Below are positions 1 to 11,077 of a DNA stretch of 20,000 bases, piece after piece. A program made the translations under genes and the position numbers. The notes below the pieces were generated by a model, which searched no databases, was not told the origin of the DNA, and was given only the letters and a program-made list of their open reading frames with translations. Position 1 is the stretch's first letter, and every line of letters starts with the position of its first letter. The stretch covers positions 5,183,063 through 5,203,062 of the forward strand of contig NC_057753.1 in assembly GCF_004010195.1 (NCBI RefSeq), written 5' to 3'. Source of the stretch: Chiloscyllium plagiosum. Taxonomy: Eukaryota.

Positions 1-325
1 CTGCTGCCTCACAGCGCCAGGGATCCGGGTTCGATTCCAGCCTTGGGCGACTGTCTGCGTGGAGTTTGCACATCCTCTCCCTGTGTCTGCGTGGGTTTCC
101 TCCGGGTGCTCGGGTTTCCTCCCACAGTCCAAAGGTGTGTGGGTTTGCGTGATGTGTTGCCCGTTGTGTTCAGGGATGTGTAGGTTAGGTGCATTAGTCA
201 GGGGTAAATGTAGAATCATAGGGCAGGAAGAATTGGTCTGGGTTTGTTACTCTTTGGAGTGTCAGTGTGAACTTGTTGGGCCAAATGGCCTGTTTCCAAA
301 CTGTGGGGATTCTATGATTCTGATT
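1..325 (+). mobile_element. tRNA-derived V-SINE (elasmobranch HE1-like), 5' end cut by the window edge
   Basis: B-box GGTTCGATTCC at 28-38; V-domain-like core GTGGGTTTCCTCCGGGTGCTCGGGTTTCCTCCCACAGTCCAAAG; LINE-derived 3' end GGCCTGTTTCC..CTGT..ATTCTATGATTC; similar to the copies at 11078 and 11523. Confidence 0.88.
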
Positions 326-584
326 CCTGTTTCCCAGCACTTGGTCTGCAGCATTGTCTCCCAAGCCACTTCATGCAATTACCTAAGTATTTCTATCAAT
401 ACTGCATTTACGCAGTGAGTGTCAAACACCTACCACCCTCTGGCTGAAACAATTCCTCCTCAAAGCCCCTCTGAACAGCTTTTTTTAAAAATCTGCGTCC
501 CTTAGTCGATCCTGTCATTAAAAGGGAAAAGTTTTTTTCCTCTCATACCTATCTCTGCCTCTCATAATGTTGTAGATCTCAGTC
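326..584 (-). mobile_element. Old degenerate CR1-type LINE 3' fragment (duplicated at about 1070-1326)
   Basis: Antisense CR1 3' motifs (CACCTACCACCCTCTGGCTGAAA, CTCAAAGCCCCTCTGAAC, ATCTCTGCCTCTCATAATGTTGTAGATCTC). Confidence 0.6.
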
Positions 585-944
585 CATAAGACATGGGAGT
601 GGAAGTAAGGCCATTTAATCATGGCTGATGGGCATTTCAACTCCACTTACCCGCACTCTCCCCATAGCTCTTAATTCCTTGCGAGTTCAAGAGTTTATCA
701 CTCTCTGCCTTGAAGATGTTTAATGTCCCCGCCTCCACTGCGCTCCGTGGCAATGCGTTCCACAGGCCCACCGCTCTCTGGCTGACGAAATGTCTTCTCA
801 TTTCTGTTTTAAATTGACCCCCTCTAATTCTAAGGCTGTGCCCACGTCCTAGTCTCCCCGGCTAATGGAAATAACCTCCCAGCGTCCACCCTTTCTAAGC
901 CATGCATTATTTTATAAGTTTCTATTAGATCTCCCCTCAACCTT
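585..944 (-). mobile_element. CR1 LINE 3' end, duplicate of 1327-1686
   Basis: Minus-strand peptide RLRGDLIETYKIMHGLERVDAGRLFPL is identical to the end of the 1572-2111 ORF. Confidence 0.85.
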
Positions 945-3526
945 GGGGTAAATGTAGAATCATAGGGCAGGAAGAATTGGTCTGGGTTTGTTACTCTTTG
1001 GAGTGTCAGTGTGAACTTGTTGGGCCAAATGGCCTGTTTCCAAACTGTGGGGATTCTATGATTCTGATTCCTGTTTCCCAGCACTTGGTCTGCAGCATTG
1101 TCTCCCAAGCCACTTCATGCAATTACCTAAGTATTTCTATCAATACTGCCTTTACGCAGTGAGTGTCAAACACCTACCACCCTCTGGCTGAAACAATTCC
1201 TCCTCAAAGCCCCTCTGAACAGCTTTTTTAAAAATCTGCGTTCCTTAGTCGATCCTGTCATTAAAAGGGAAAAGTTTTTTCCTATCATACCTATCTTTGC
1301 TTCTCATAATGTTGTAGATCTCAGTCCATAAGACATGGGAGTGGAAGTAAGGCCATTTAATCATGGCTGATGGGCATTTCAACTCCACTTACCCACACTC
1401 TCCCCATAGCTCTTAATTCCTTGTGAGTTCAAGAGTTTATCACTCTCTGCCTTGAAGATGTTTAATGTCCCCGCCTCCACTGCGCTTCGTGGCAATGCGT
1501 TCCACAGGCCCACCGCTCTCTGGCTGACGAAATGTCTTCTCATTTCTGATTTAAATTGACCCCCTCTAATTCTAAGGCTGTGCCCACGTCCTAGTCTCCC
1601 CGGCTAATGGAAATAATCTCCCAGCGTCCACCCTTTCTAAGCCATGCATTATTTTGTAAGTTTCTATTAGATCTCCCCTCAACCTTCTAAACTCCGATGA
1701 ATACAATCCCAGGATCCTCAGCTGTTCATTGTATGTTAGGCCTACCATTCCAGGGATCATCCATGTGAATCCCCGCTGGACACGCTGCAGTGCCAGTATG
1801 TCCTTCCTGAGGTGTGGGGCCCAAAATTGGACACTGTATTCTAAATGGAGCCGAACTAGAGCTCTATAAAGTCTCAGAAAGACATCGCTGCTTTTATATT
1901 CCAATCCTCTTGAGATAAATGACAATATTACACTTGCTGTCTTCACCACGGTCTCAAGCTGCAAGTCAATCTTTAGAGAATCCTGGACTAGCACTCCCAG
2001 ATCCCTTTGTACATTGGCTTTATGAATTTTCTCACCGTTTAGAAAATAGTTCATGCCTGAATTCTTTTTTCCAAAATGCAAGACCTCACATTTGCTCATT
2101 TCCTGGACCATTCTCCTAAACTGTCTGAATCTTTCTGCAGCTTCCCCACCTCCTCAGAACTACCTGCCTGTCCACCTAACTTCATATCATCGGTGAACTT
2201 CGCTAGAATGCCCCCAGTCCCTTCATCCAGCTCATTAATATATAAAGTGAACAGCTGCAGCCCCAACACTGAACCCTGCGGGACACCACTTGTCACCAGC
2301 TGCCATTCTGAAAAAGAACCATTTATCCCAACTCTCTGCCTTCTGACAGATGGCCAATCCTCAGTCCATGCCAATAGCTCACCTCAAACACCATGGGCCC
2401 TCACCTTACTCAGCAGCCTCCCATGAGGCACCTTATTAAAGGCGTTTTGGAAACCTTATTAAAGGTTTCCCTGGTCTAACCTAATTGTTACCTCTTCAAA
2501 GAATTCTAACAGGTTTGTCAGGCACGACCTTCCCTTACTGAATCCATGCTGACTTATTCTAACTTGACCGTACACTTCCAAGAATTTAGAAATCTCATCC
2601 TCAACGATGGATTCTAGAATTTTAACTACAACTGAGGTTAGGCTAATTGGCCTATAATTTTCCATCTTTTGTCTTGATCCTTTCTTGAACAAGGGGGTTA
2701 CAAACGCGATCTTCCAATCATCTGGGAATTTTCCTGACTCCAGTAATTTTTGAAAGATCAGAACCAACGCCTCCACTATTTCCTCCGTCACCTCCCACAG
2801 AACTCTAGGATGTAGCCCATCGAAGCCTGGAGATTTATCAATTTTTAGACCTTTTAGCTTTTCTAGCACTTTCTCTTTTGTAATGGCTACCATACTCAAC
2901 TCTGCCCCTTAACTCTCCTTAATTGTTTGGATATTACTCATGTCTTCCAGTGTGAAAACTGACACAAAGTACTTGTTAAGTTCTTCAGCTATTTCCTTAT
3001 CTCCCATCACTAGCCTTCCTGCATCAATTTAGAGTGGCCAATTTCTACTTTTGCCTCTCGTTTGTTTCTTATGTATTGAAAGAAACTTTCACGATCATTT
3101 CTAATATTACTGGCTAGTTTACCTTCATATTTAATCCTCTCCTTCCTTATTTCTCTCTTTGTTATCCTCTTTGTTTTTGTAGCCTTCCCAATCTTCACAC
3201 CCCTGTCATTACCCTTATTTAACTGTAACACCATTCCATCTGACAATGCCTTCTCTCTTTCAAACTGCAGACTGAACTCTACCATATTATGATTGCTGCC
3301 TCCTAAGTGTTCCCTTACTTTAAGATCTTTTATAAAGTCTGGCTCATTATATAGCATGAAGTCCAGAATAGCCTGCTCCCTTGTGGGTTCCATCACAAGC
3401 TGTTCCAAAAAGCCATTCTGTAAGCATTCCATGAATTCCCTTTCTTTGGATCCACCGGCAACATTACTCACTTAGTCAATTTGCATATTGAAGTCCCCCA
3501 TGATCACCGTGACCTTGCCTTTCTGA

Positions 3527-3730
3527 GAGAAAGTGAGGACTGCAGATGCTGGAGATCAGAGCTGAAAATGTGTTGCTGGAAAAGCGCAGCAGGTCAGGCA
3601 GCATCCAGGGAACAGGAGAATCGACGTTTTGGGCATGAGCCTGAAGAAGGGCTCATGCCCGAAACGTCGATTCTCCTGCTCCTTGGATGCTGCCTGACCT
3701 GCTGCGCTTTTCCAGCAACACATTTTCAGC
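3527..3730. mobile_element. PLE-derived hairpin element A (204 bp) inserted in the CR1, 14-bp TSD
   Basis: TSD CCTTGCCTTTCTGA at 3513-3526 and 3731-3744; inverted arms 3561-3641 and 3650-3730; unpaired 34-nt tail 3527-3560; hammerhead-like core at the apex. Confidence 0.88.
3641..3668 (+). ncRNA. Minimal hammerhead ribozyme core (stem I 5' strand lost)
   Basis: CUGAAGA-A-GGGC(UCAU)GCCC-GAAA-CG-UC; palindromic ACGU stem III; GUC cleavage triplet. Confidence 0.7.
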
Positions 3731-4309
3731 CCTTGCCTTTCTGACATGACCTATCTATTTCCTGGTACATTTTGCACCCCAGTCCTGGCCACTGCTGGGA
3801 GGTCCGTACATAGCTCCCATTATGGGTTTTTGTCTTTATGGTTCCTCAACTCCACCCAGACGGACTCCACATCATCTGACTCCATGTCATTCAGTGCCAT
3901 AGATTTAATTTCATTCTTAACTCACAAGGCAACCCTGCCCCCTCTGCCCACCTCCCTGTCTTTTCGATAAGTTGTAAATTCTTGGATGTTTAACTGCCAG
4001 TCCTGAACCCCCTGCAACCACGTCTCTGTGATGCCTACCACATCATAATCATTTACAATGATTGCTGCTGTTAATTCATCTACTTTGTTACGAATACTAT
4101 GAGCATTCAGGTAAAGCACCTTAATACTAATTTTTCTTATCCTCATGATTTCCATCACCTCTAGTAGTATGTCCTAAGTAATTCTTCCTTTTTTGTTTTA
4201 TTTCTAGTCTGCCTAGAACTTTAGCTCTGCTCACATGCTAACCTGCTGCTTACTTTCTACTTGACTCCATACTCCCTGTTGCTTTCCCTTTCCCCTCCCC
4301 CCCACCGAC

Positions 4310-4950
4310 TCACAAGTTTGAAGTCCTAGTGACCACCCTATTGATCCTTTTCACCAGAACGCTGGTTCCAGATCGGTTCAGGTGGAGGCCGTCCCATCGG
4401 TACAGATCTCCCCAGTTCCAAAACTGATGCCAATGTCCCATGAAATGGAATCCCTCCTTCCCACACCAATCTCTTAGCCACGTGTTTACTTCCCTAATTC
4501 TCTGTTCCCTATGTCAATTAGCACGTGGCTCAGGCAGTAATCCAGAGATTGTGACCCTCGAGGACCTGTTCTTCGATTTTGTTCCTCGCGCTTGATAATC
4601 CCCAAACAGATCCTCCTTCCTAGCCTTGCCGATGTTGTTAGTGCCAACGTGGACCGCAACAACTGGATCCTCTCCCTCCCGCTCCAATATCCTTTCAAGC
4701 CAGTCAGAGATGTCCTACACCCTGGCACCGGGCAGGCAACACACCATGAGGGACTCCCGATCCGGCTCACAAAGGATACTATCTGTCCCCTAATTAGAGA
4801 ATCCTTATAACAACTATTTGTCTTTTTGCTCCTCAGCTTTGAATGGCCTTCTGCGCCATGGTGCGGTCGTCAGCTGGCACATCCTCCCCATAGCCCTTTT
4901 CTCATCCATATTGGGGAGCAAAAGTCTCCTACCTGTTGGACAAGGTCAAG
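4310..4950 (-). pseudogene. CR1 ORF1 C-terminal SGNH/GDSL esterase domain, disrupted
   Basis: Manual translation gives IVVI(G)DSLIRGTD...CCLPGARV*D...VHVGTNNIG...ISGLLP...LYRWDGLHLN...TSNL* (GDS, GxN and DxxH blocks); 1-bp deletion at GDS and two stops. Confidence 0.88.
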
Positions 4951-5516
4951 GGCTGGTCCCTTCTCCATCTTCTCTGCTTCAAAGAAAAGGCCAGAGCTTT
5001 ATTGAGCCTCTCTTCATAGTTTGAAGTAGTCTGTTTGCAGGCAAAGGGACCTCCGGCAAGTGGGAGGCCTTTAAAAGTGAGATAGCTAGAGTTCAAGGTC
5101 TATATGTTCCTGTGGGGGTGAAAGGCAAGGTTGACAGGAATCAGGAACCCTGGATGACAGGAGATATTGAGGCTTTGGCCAGAAAAAAAGGAGGAGATGT
5201 GGCTCAGGTACAGGCAGCTGAGATCAAGGGAATCCCTGGAGGTATATAAGGGATACAGGAGTTTACTGGAAATCAGGAGGGCGAAAGGGGGGACACGAGA
5301 CAGCCTTGGTTGAGAAGATTAGGATGAATCCAAAGAGGTTCTTACATTTATTAAAGACGAAAGAATAACTAGGGAGAGAATAGGGCCCCTCAAGGATCAA
5401 AGTGGACATAGATGTGTAGAACCGCGGGAGATGGGTGAGGTCATCAATGAATATTTCTTCTCTGTGTTTTCCATGGGGGTTTGTGTGGGGGAGTGAGCGT
5501 GGGGGATGAGTGTGAC

Positions 5517-6058
5517 NNNNNNNNNNNNNNNNNNNNNNNNNNNNNNNNNNNNNNNNNNNNNNNNNNNNNNNNNNNNNNNNNNNNNNNNNNNNNNNNNNNN
5601 NNNNNNNNNNNNNNNNNNNNNNNNNNNNNNNNNNNNNNNNNNNNNNNNNNNNNNNNNNNNNNNNNNNNNNNNNNNNNNNNNNNNNNNNNNNNNNNNNNNN
5701 NNNNNNNNNNNNNNNNNNNNNNNNNNNNNNNNNNNNNNNNNNNNNNNNNNNNNNNNNNNNNNNNNNNNNNNNNNNNNNNNNNNNNNNNNNNNNNNNNNNN
5801 NNNNNNNNNNNNNNNNNNNNNNNNNNNNNNNNNNNNNNNNNNNNNNNNNNNNNNNNNNNNNNNNNNNNNNNNNNNNNNNNNNNNNNNNNNNNNNNNNNNN
5901 NNNNNNNNNNNNNNNNNNNNNNNNNNNNNNNNNNNNNNNNNNNNNNNNNNNNNNNNNNNNNNNNNNNNNNNNNNNNNNNNNNNNNNNNNNNNNNNNNNNN
6001 NNNNNNNNNNNNNNNNNNNNNNNNNNNNNNNNNNNNNNNNNNNNNNNNNNNNNNNNNN
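5517..6058. other. Assembly gap (542 N)
   Basis: Run of N flanked on both sides by G-rich repeat sequence. Confidence 0.99.
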
Positions 6059-6150
6059 GGTGAGTCTGACAGTGGGGTTGTGTGCGGGCGGTGAGTCTGA
6101 CAGTGGGGGTGTGTGCGGGCGGTGAGTCTGACAGTGGGGGTGTGTGCAGG
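6059..6150. repeat. G-rich 31-bp minisatellite (about 3 visible units; related sequence at 5476-5516 and 6150-6195)
   Basis: GGTGAGTCTGACAGTGGGG(G/T)TGTGTGCGGGC starting at 6059, 6090 and 6121. Confidence 0.85.
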
Positions 6151-6368
6151 GGGAGTGAGCGTGATGGTGGGGGAGTGTGACCTGGGGACTTGGGGAAGTT
6201 AGTGGTGATATCTTGAGGACAGTCCATATTGCAGTCAAGGAGGTGTGGATGTATTAAGGTGGATAAATCTCCTGGTCCTGACCAGATCTAGCCAAGAACA
6301 CTGCAAGTGGCAAGAGAAGAAATTGCAGGGGCCCTGGCTGGGTGAGGTCCCGGAAGACTGCAGGGTAG

Positions 6369-6807
6369 ATTTGAGCTATAGGGAGAGGCTGAACAGGCTG
6401 GGGCTGTTTTCCCTGGAGCGTCAGAGGCTGAGGGGTGACCTTATAGAGGCTTATAAGATCATGAGGGGCATGGAAAGGATAAATAGATAAAGTATTTTCT
6501 CTGGGGTGGGGGAGTCCAGAACTAGAGGGCATAGGGTTAGGGTGAGAGGGGAAAGATATAAAAGAGACCTAAGAGGCAGCTTTTTCACACAGAGGGCGGC
6601 ACGTGCATGGAATGAGCTGCCAGAGGAAGTGGTGGAGGCTGGTCCAATTGCAACACTTAAAAGGTATTTGGATGGGTATATGAATAGGAAGGGTTTGGAG
6701 GGATATGGGCCGGGTGCTGGCAGGTGGGACTAGATTGGGTTGGGATATCTGGTCGACATGGACGGGTTGGACCGAAGGGTCTGTTTCCGTGCTGTACATC
6801 TCTATGA
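6369..6807 (+). mobile_element. Nested 5'-truncated HER1-like CR1 3' end
   Basis: LSYRERLNRLGLFSLERQRLRGDLIEAYKIMRG, RAWNELPEEVV; ends GTGCTGTACATCTCTATGA; the host LINE resumes at 6808 (NVVPLFK). Confidence 0.85.
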
Positions 6808-8234
6808 ATGTTGTGCCATTGTTCAAGGAGGACTGCAAAGAAAATTCTGGGAACTATAGACCAGTAAACTTAATGTCTGTGGTGGTAAATTACTTGAGAA
6901 GATTCTGAGAGATAAGATGTACATGCATTTGGAAAGACTGGGTTTGATTAGGAGTAGTCAGCATGGCTTTGTGTGCGGATGATCATGCCTCACAAATTTG
7001 TTCGAGTTGTTTGATGAAGTGACCAGGAAGTTTGACGAAGGCAGGGTGGTAGATGTAGTCAATATGGCTTTCAGTAAGGCCTTTGAGAAGGTTCCACATG
7101 GTAGGCTGCTCTGGAAGGTTATATCACATGTAATCCAAGGCGAGCTGGTGAATTGGATACTCAGTTGGCTTGACAGTAGGAAGCAGATGGTAATAGTGAA
7201 AGGATGCTTATTGGACTAGAGGCCTGTGACTAGTGGAGTGCCTCAGGGGTCAGTGCTGAGTCCATTACTGTTTGTCATCTATATCAATGATATAGATGAG
7301 AATGTACGAGGCATGATTAGTAAGTTTATCGATGACACTAAAATACATGGTAATGTGGGCAGTGAGGAAGGTTGTGAGAAATTGCAGCTGGACCTTGATC
7401 AGCCGGGTAAGTGAGCCAAAACCTGGCAAATGGAGTTTAATATAGATTAGTGTGAGGTCTTGTGTTTTGAAAAGTTATGTCAAGGTAGGAGTTTCATGGT
7501 GAATGGTCGGGTCTTAAGGAGTGTAGTGGAACAGAAGGATCTTGGAGTTCAGGTGGACAGTTCTCTGAAAGTGGAGTCACAGGTAGACAGGGCAGTGAAG
7601 AAGGCTTTTGGTACACTGGCTTTCATCAGTCAGGGCATTGAGTATAGAAGTTGGGAAGTTATGTTGCAGTTATACAGGATGTTGGTGTGTATTGTGTTCA
7701 GTTTTGATCACCTTGCTATAGGAAGGATGTTATTAAACTGGAAAGAGTGCAGAAGAAATTTACAAGCATGTTGCCAGGACTCAATGGTCTGAGTAATAGG
7801 GAAAGGTTGGACAAGTTCGGATTTTATTCTTTGGATCGTAGGAGACTGAGGGGGGGATGCTATAGAGGTGTATAAGATCACGAGAGGCATGGAAAGGGTG
7901 AATGCACTCAATCTTTTTCCCAGGGTTGGGGAATTGGGGACTAGTGGGCGTCAGTTTAAGGTTAGAGAGTGGAAAGAATTAAAGGGAACCTGAGGGGCAA
8001 CATTTTTACACTGAGGGTAGTACACATATGGAATGAGCTGCCAGCAGGAGTGGTTGAGGTAGGTACATTACCAACATTTAAAAGGCATTTGGACAAATAC
8101 ATAGATAGGAAAGGTTTAGAAGGATATGGACCAAGTGCAGGGAATTTAGGTTAGTGTTAATGGACATTATGGTCTGCATGGACCAGTTTGGGACAAAGGG
8201 CCTGTCTCCGTGCTGTCGGACTCTATGACTCTGA

Positions 8235-8495
8235 TTTTGATTGGGAGAAGCTATTTGCAGCCAAAAGGATGTCTGGGAGGTGGGAGGCTTTCAGAAGTGA
8301 GTTAATGAGTGTTTAGGGCTAGCAATGTTCCTGTTAGAGTGAAATGTAAGGCTGGCATCAGGAGGGAACCTTGATTCCTGGAAGTTACTGAAGCCCTGGT
8401 CAAGAGAAAGGCATTTGGGATCAAGTGAATTCCTTGAGGAGTACAGAAGGTGTCGGAGTAGACTTGAGAGAGACATCAGGAGGGCCAAAAGGGGA
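8235..8495 (+). mobile_element. CR1 ORF2 internal fragment
   Basis: Diverged homologue of 5030-5290 (TTTGCAG..AAAGG..GTGGGAGGC..AAGTGAG, GGAACC, ATCAGGAGGGC). Confidence 0.7.
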
Positions 8496-8530
8496 CTCTG
8501 ATCTCCAGCATCTGCAGTCCTCACTTTCTC
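8496..8530 (+). mobile_element. Solo 35-bp PLE tail of family A
   Basis: CTCTGATCTCCAGCATCTGCAGTCCTCACTTTCTC is the exact reverse complement of 3527-3561. Confidence 0.85.
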
Positions 8531-8534
8531 TTGG

Positions 8535-8797
8535 CTATCTACCTTAGTGAGCGACATTATCTCTGCCTCTCATGATTTTAAAGATCTCAACAAAGTTTCC
8601 GACACACCAGGGAAGAAAATCCAAACTCTCCTTATAACTCAAACCTTCCAGTCTCGGTAGCATCCTAGTAAATCTTCTCTGCACTCTTTCTTGTTTAAGA
8701 AGGTCCTTTCTATAGTAGGGTGACCACAATTGCCGCAGTACTCCAAATGTGGCTTCACCAACATTTTGTACAGCTGCAATAAGACACCCCAACTCCT
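8535..8797 (-). mobile_element. CR1 ORF2 C-terminal fragment
   Basis: LQLYKMLVKPHLEYC, WSPYYRKD..ERVQRRFTRMLPRLEGLSYKE. Confidence 0.82.
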
Positions 8798-8799
8798 AA

Positions 8800-9550
8800 C
8801 TGGTCTAATTAGCAAGTTTGCGGATGACACAAAGATCGTTGGAGTTACGGGTAGTGAGGAGGATTGTCAGAGGATGCAGCAGGTTATAGATCAGTTAGAG
8901 GCATGGGCAGAAAAATGGCAGCTGGAGTTTAATCCGGACAAATGTGAAGCGATACATTTTGGATGGTCAAATACAGGTGGAAATTATACAGTGAATGGCA
9001 GAACCCTTAGGCGTATTGACATGCAGAGGGATCTGGGTGTGCAGACCCACAGATCACTGAAGGTGGTAGTGCAGGAAAGGCCCATGGCATGTGTGCCTTC
9101 ATTGGAAGGGGCATTGAGTATAAAGGCGGACAGGTTATGCTGCAGCTTTCTAGAACTTTAGTTCGGCCACACTTGGAATATTGCGTACAGTTCTGGTCAC
9201 CACACTATGCTTCAGACTGGAAATTATGAGGCTTTTTGTTCCCAGGGTGGAGGGGTTAATTACTAGGGGACTCAGGCTCATGGTGCGGGGTGGAAACTTT
9301 AAAAAAGAGAGGTAGGAAGCTTAAAAGAGATGTGCGAGGCACTTTTTTTTTACAGAAAGGTGTGTGTCTGGAATGCACTACCAGAGGAGGTGGTGGACAC
9401 AATTGTAGCATTCATGAAACACCTGGATGAAAACACGAATAGGAAGGGAATAGAGGGAAACAGATCCTGGAAGTGAAGACAGCTTTAGTATGGAAGGGCA
9501 AAATGCGACAGAGCAGGCTTCGAGGGTTTGTTTCTGTGCTGTATTCTTCT
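8800..9550 (+). mobile_element. CR1 RT to 3' end fragment with internal deletions
   Basis: ISKFADDTKI, WAEKWQLEFNPDKCE, QRDLGV; decayed 3' UTR to about 9550. Confidence 0.85.
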
Positions 9551-9564
9551 TTGCTCTCCATCGC

Positions 9565-9879
9565 TTTTCCCCATGGTAATGGAGTTTAAAACTAGAGGGC
9601 ATAAGTTTAAGGTGAGAGGGGAGAGACACGAAAGGGGGATTTTTTTTTTCCACACAGAGAGTGGTGAGTGTTGGAATGGACTGCCAGAGGTCATGGTGGA
9701 AGCGAGTACGATTTTGTCATTCAAGAAACATTTAGGTGGGTATATGGACGGGATAGGAATGGAGGGATACGGATCAAATGCAGGCAAATGGGATTAGTTT
9801 AATTGTGAAAACTGGGTGACATGCATAAGTTGGGCCGAAGGGCCTGCTTGCATGATGTAGACCTCGTTGAGTCTATGAC
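9565..9879 (+). mobile_element. CR1 3' end fragment
   Basis: KTRGHKFKVRGER, WNGLPEV..FKKHL..YMD; tail GGGCCGAAGGGCCTG..TCTATGA. Confidence 0.82.
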
Positions 9880-9904
9880 AGCGAAGTAACAGTCCACACA
9901 GCTC

Positions 9905-11045
9905 TTAGTCAGGATGGCGTGTGGCTTGAAGGGGAACCTCTAGATGGTGGTATTCCAATGAAAATGCCAGCTTGTCCTTCTAGATGGCAGAGGTCACAGT
10001 TTTATAAGATGCAGGAGAAGGATTGTTGGTCAATTTTGGCAGTCCTTCTTCTAGACAGTCCACAGTGCGGCCTGTGTGTGTCAGTGTTAGAGTGAATATC
10101 AAAGGTGGTGGTTAGAATCAGATTTACAGAATTGTTACAGTGCAGAAGGAGGCAACGTGCCTGTGTGAGCTCTGAGAGTCTCACTGAGTGCTATTTTCCT
10201 GCCCACTACCCGTAACTTTGCACTTTGATGCTTTTCAAATAACTGTCTCATTCTCTTTATGAATACCTTGATTGAAGCTTCCAAATTGAAGTATCAATTA
10301 ACTGGGCTCCTTTCTTCTGTATGGGGTTGAGTTTCGGGAATGCGGTTGGTGCAGCTGTTATCTGTGCGATCAGGGAGTATTCTACTGTACTCCCAATTTT
10401 AGACAGTGGACAGACTTTGGGGAGAAGGGAGGGAAGCGAATTACCACAGAATTCCCATCTCTGAGAAAGAAAGTCATTGCTGTATCAGCTGTAGTTGGTT
10501 GGATGGAGGACACAAGCGTGAGGAAGTTCTGGCATCCACAACAATCTTCCTTTGTGTTCGGGATTGCTCGAACAAGTGGACTGTTTTCACCCTGATTCCC
10601 ATTGACTTCACGGTTACATGTAGCCTTGTTGTTAAGGGGAGTCACTCTCACCTCACTTCAAGAATTCAGCTGAAAATGTGTTGCTGGAAAAGCGCAGCAG
10701 GTCAGGCAGCATCCAAGGAACAGGAGAATCGACGTTTCGGGCAAATTCAGCTCCCAGGATATGCAGGTCCTGGGCCTGCTCCACCGCCAAACCAATACCA
10801 CCTGACTCCTGGAGGAAGACTGCCTCCCATTTAACTCCCCACTCCCTTGTGCCACCTCCTCATTCCTGATTAAGAGCTTATGCTTGAAACGTCGATTCTC
10901 CTGCTCTTCAGATGCTGCCTGACCGGCTGTGCTTTTCCAGCAACACTCCTCGACCAGTTTTGGACCAGGTCTATCACGAGGTCAGCAGCTGAGTGGCCTT
11001 GGTGGAATCTGAACAGAAAGCCCAGTAAGCAGGTTATTGCTAAAA
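9905..11045 (-). mobile_element. Very old LINE fragments (CR1/L2 group) with nested insertions
   Basis: Minus-strand VKSMGIRVKTVHLFEQSRTQRKIVV at about 10540-10615 resembles a LINE RT segment; 9910-10290 is homologous to 18910-19300. Confidence 0.55.
10669..10954 (+). mobile_element. PLE family A hairpin retaining a GIY-YIG C-terminal remnant between the arms
   Basis: Left arm 10669-10742 matches 3561-3634; spacer reads QDMQVLGLLHRQTNTT*LLEEDCL (PLE endonuclease C-terminus-like); right arm about 10881-10947; degenerate hammerhead ATTC-CTGATTA-A-GAGC(TTAT)GCTT-GAAACGTC-GATT at 10862-10897. Confidence 0.8.
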
Positions 11046-11077
11046 AATGCTTCACAGAACTGCCAAAAGTCGGGTGA

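Larger units (their letters stand above)
201..1686. repeat. Tandem direct duplication, units 201-944 and 945-1686 (about 743 bp, about 98% identical)
   Basis: Both units start GGGGTAAATGTAGAATC and end CTCCCCTCAACCTT; about 11 substitutions and 2 T-run indels counted by eye; duplicated peptides appear in the ORF track. Confidence 0.95.
1572..4158 (-). pseudogene. CR1 ORF2 (APE endonuclease and reverse transcriptase), disrupted
   Basis: LYLNAHSIRNK, GITETWL and GSNHNMV (APE); KSPGFDGLHPRVL, NYRPISLTS, QHGF..GRSCLTNL, GVPQGSVLG, FTDD (for FADD) and RLRGDLIE. Confidence 0.93.
1327..4955 (-). mobile_element. Near full-length degenerate CR1-clade LINE (ORF1 esterase plus ORF2 APE-RT)
   Basis: Collinear minus-strand fragments: ORF1 esterase at 4310-4950, endonuclease at 3010-4158, RT at 1572-2899, 3' UTR to about 1327; several frameshifts, stops and an internal deletion near 3195. 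Confidence 0.93.
5030..8232 (+). mobile_element. Degenerate CR1/HER1-like LINE (ORF2 middle to 3' end), interrupted by a minisatellite, a gap and a nested LINE
   Basis: DKSPGPD-like region near 6262, NYRPVNLMS, KAFEKVPHGRL, GVPQGSVLSP..FIDD; 3' tail CTCTATGACTCTGA at about 8220-8233. Confidence 0.85.

Noticed and set aside
3527..3730. DNA-transposon MITE or miRNA hairpin
   Set aside because: The asymmetric tail, 14-bp TSD, hammerhead core and homology to a GIY-YIG-bearing copy at 10669-10954 point to a PLE origin.
4310..4950. Captured or horizontally acquired esterase gene
   Set aside because: An SGNH esterase is an established component of ORF1 in vertebrate CR1 elements and sits in the expected position here.
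5397..6238. Long ORFs of 185-276 aa
   Set aside because: Artefacts of translating through the N gap and minisatellite.
8535..9550. Twin-priming 5' inversion of one LINE
   Set aside because: The inverted pieces cover overlapping parts of ORF2 and are clearly diverged, so they are independent copies.
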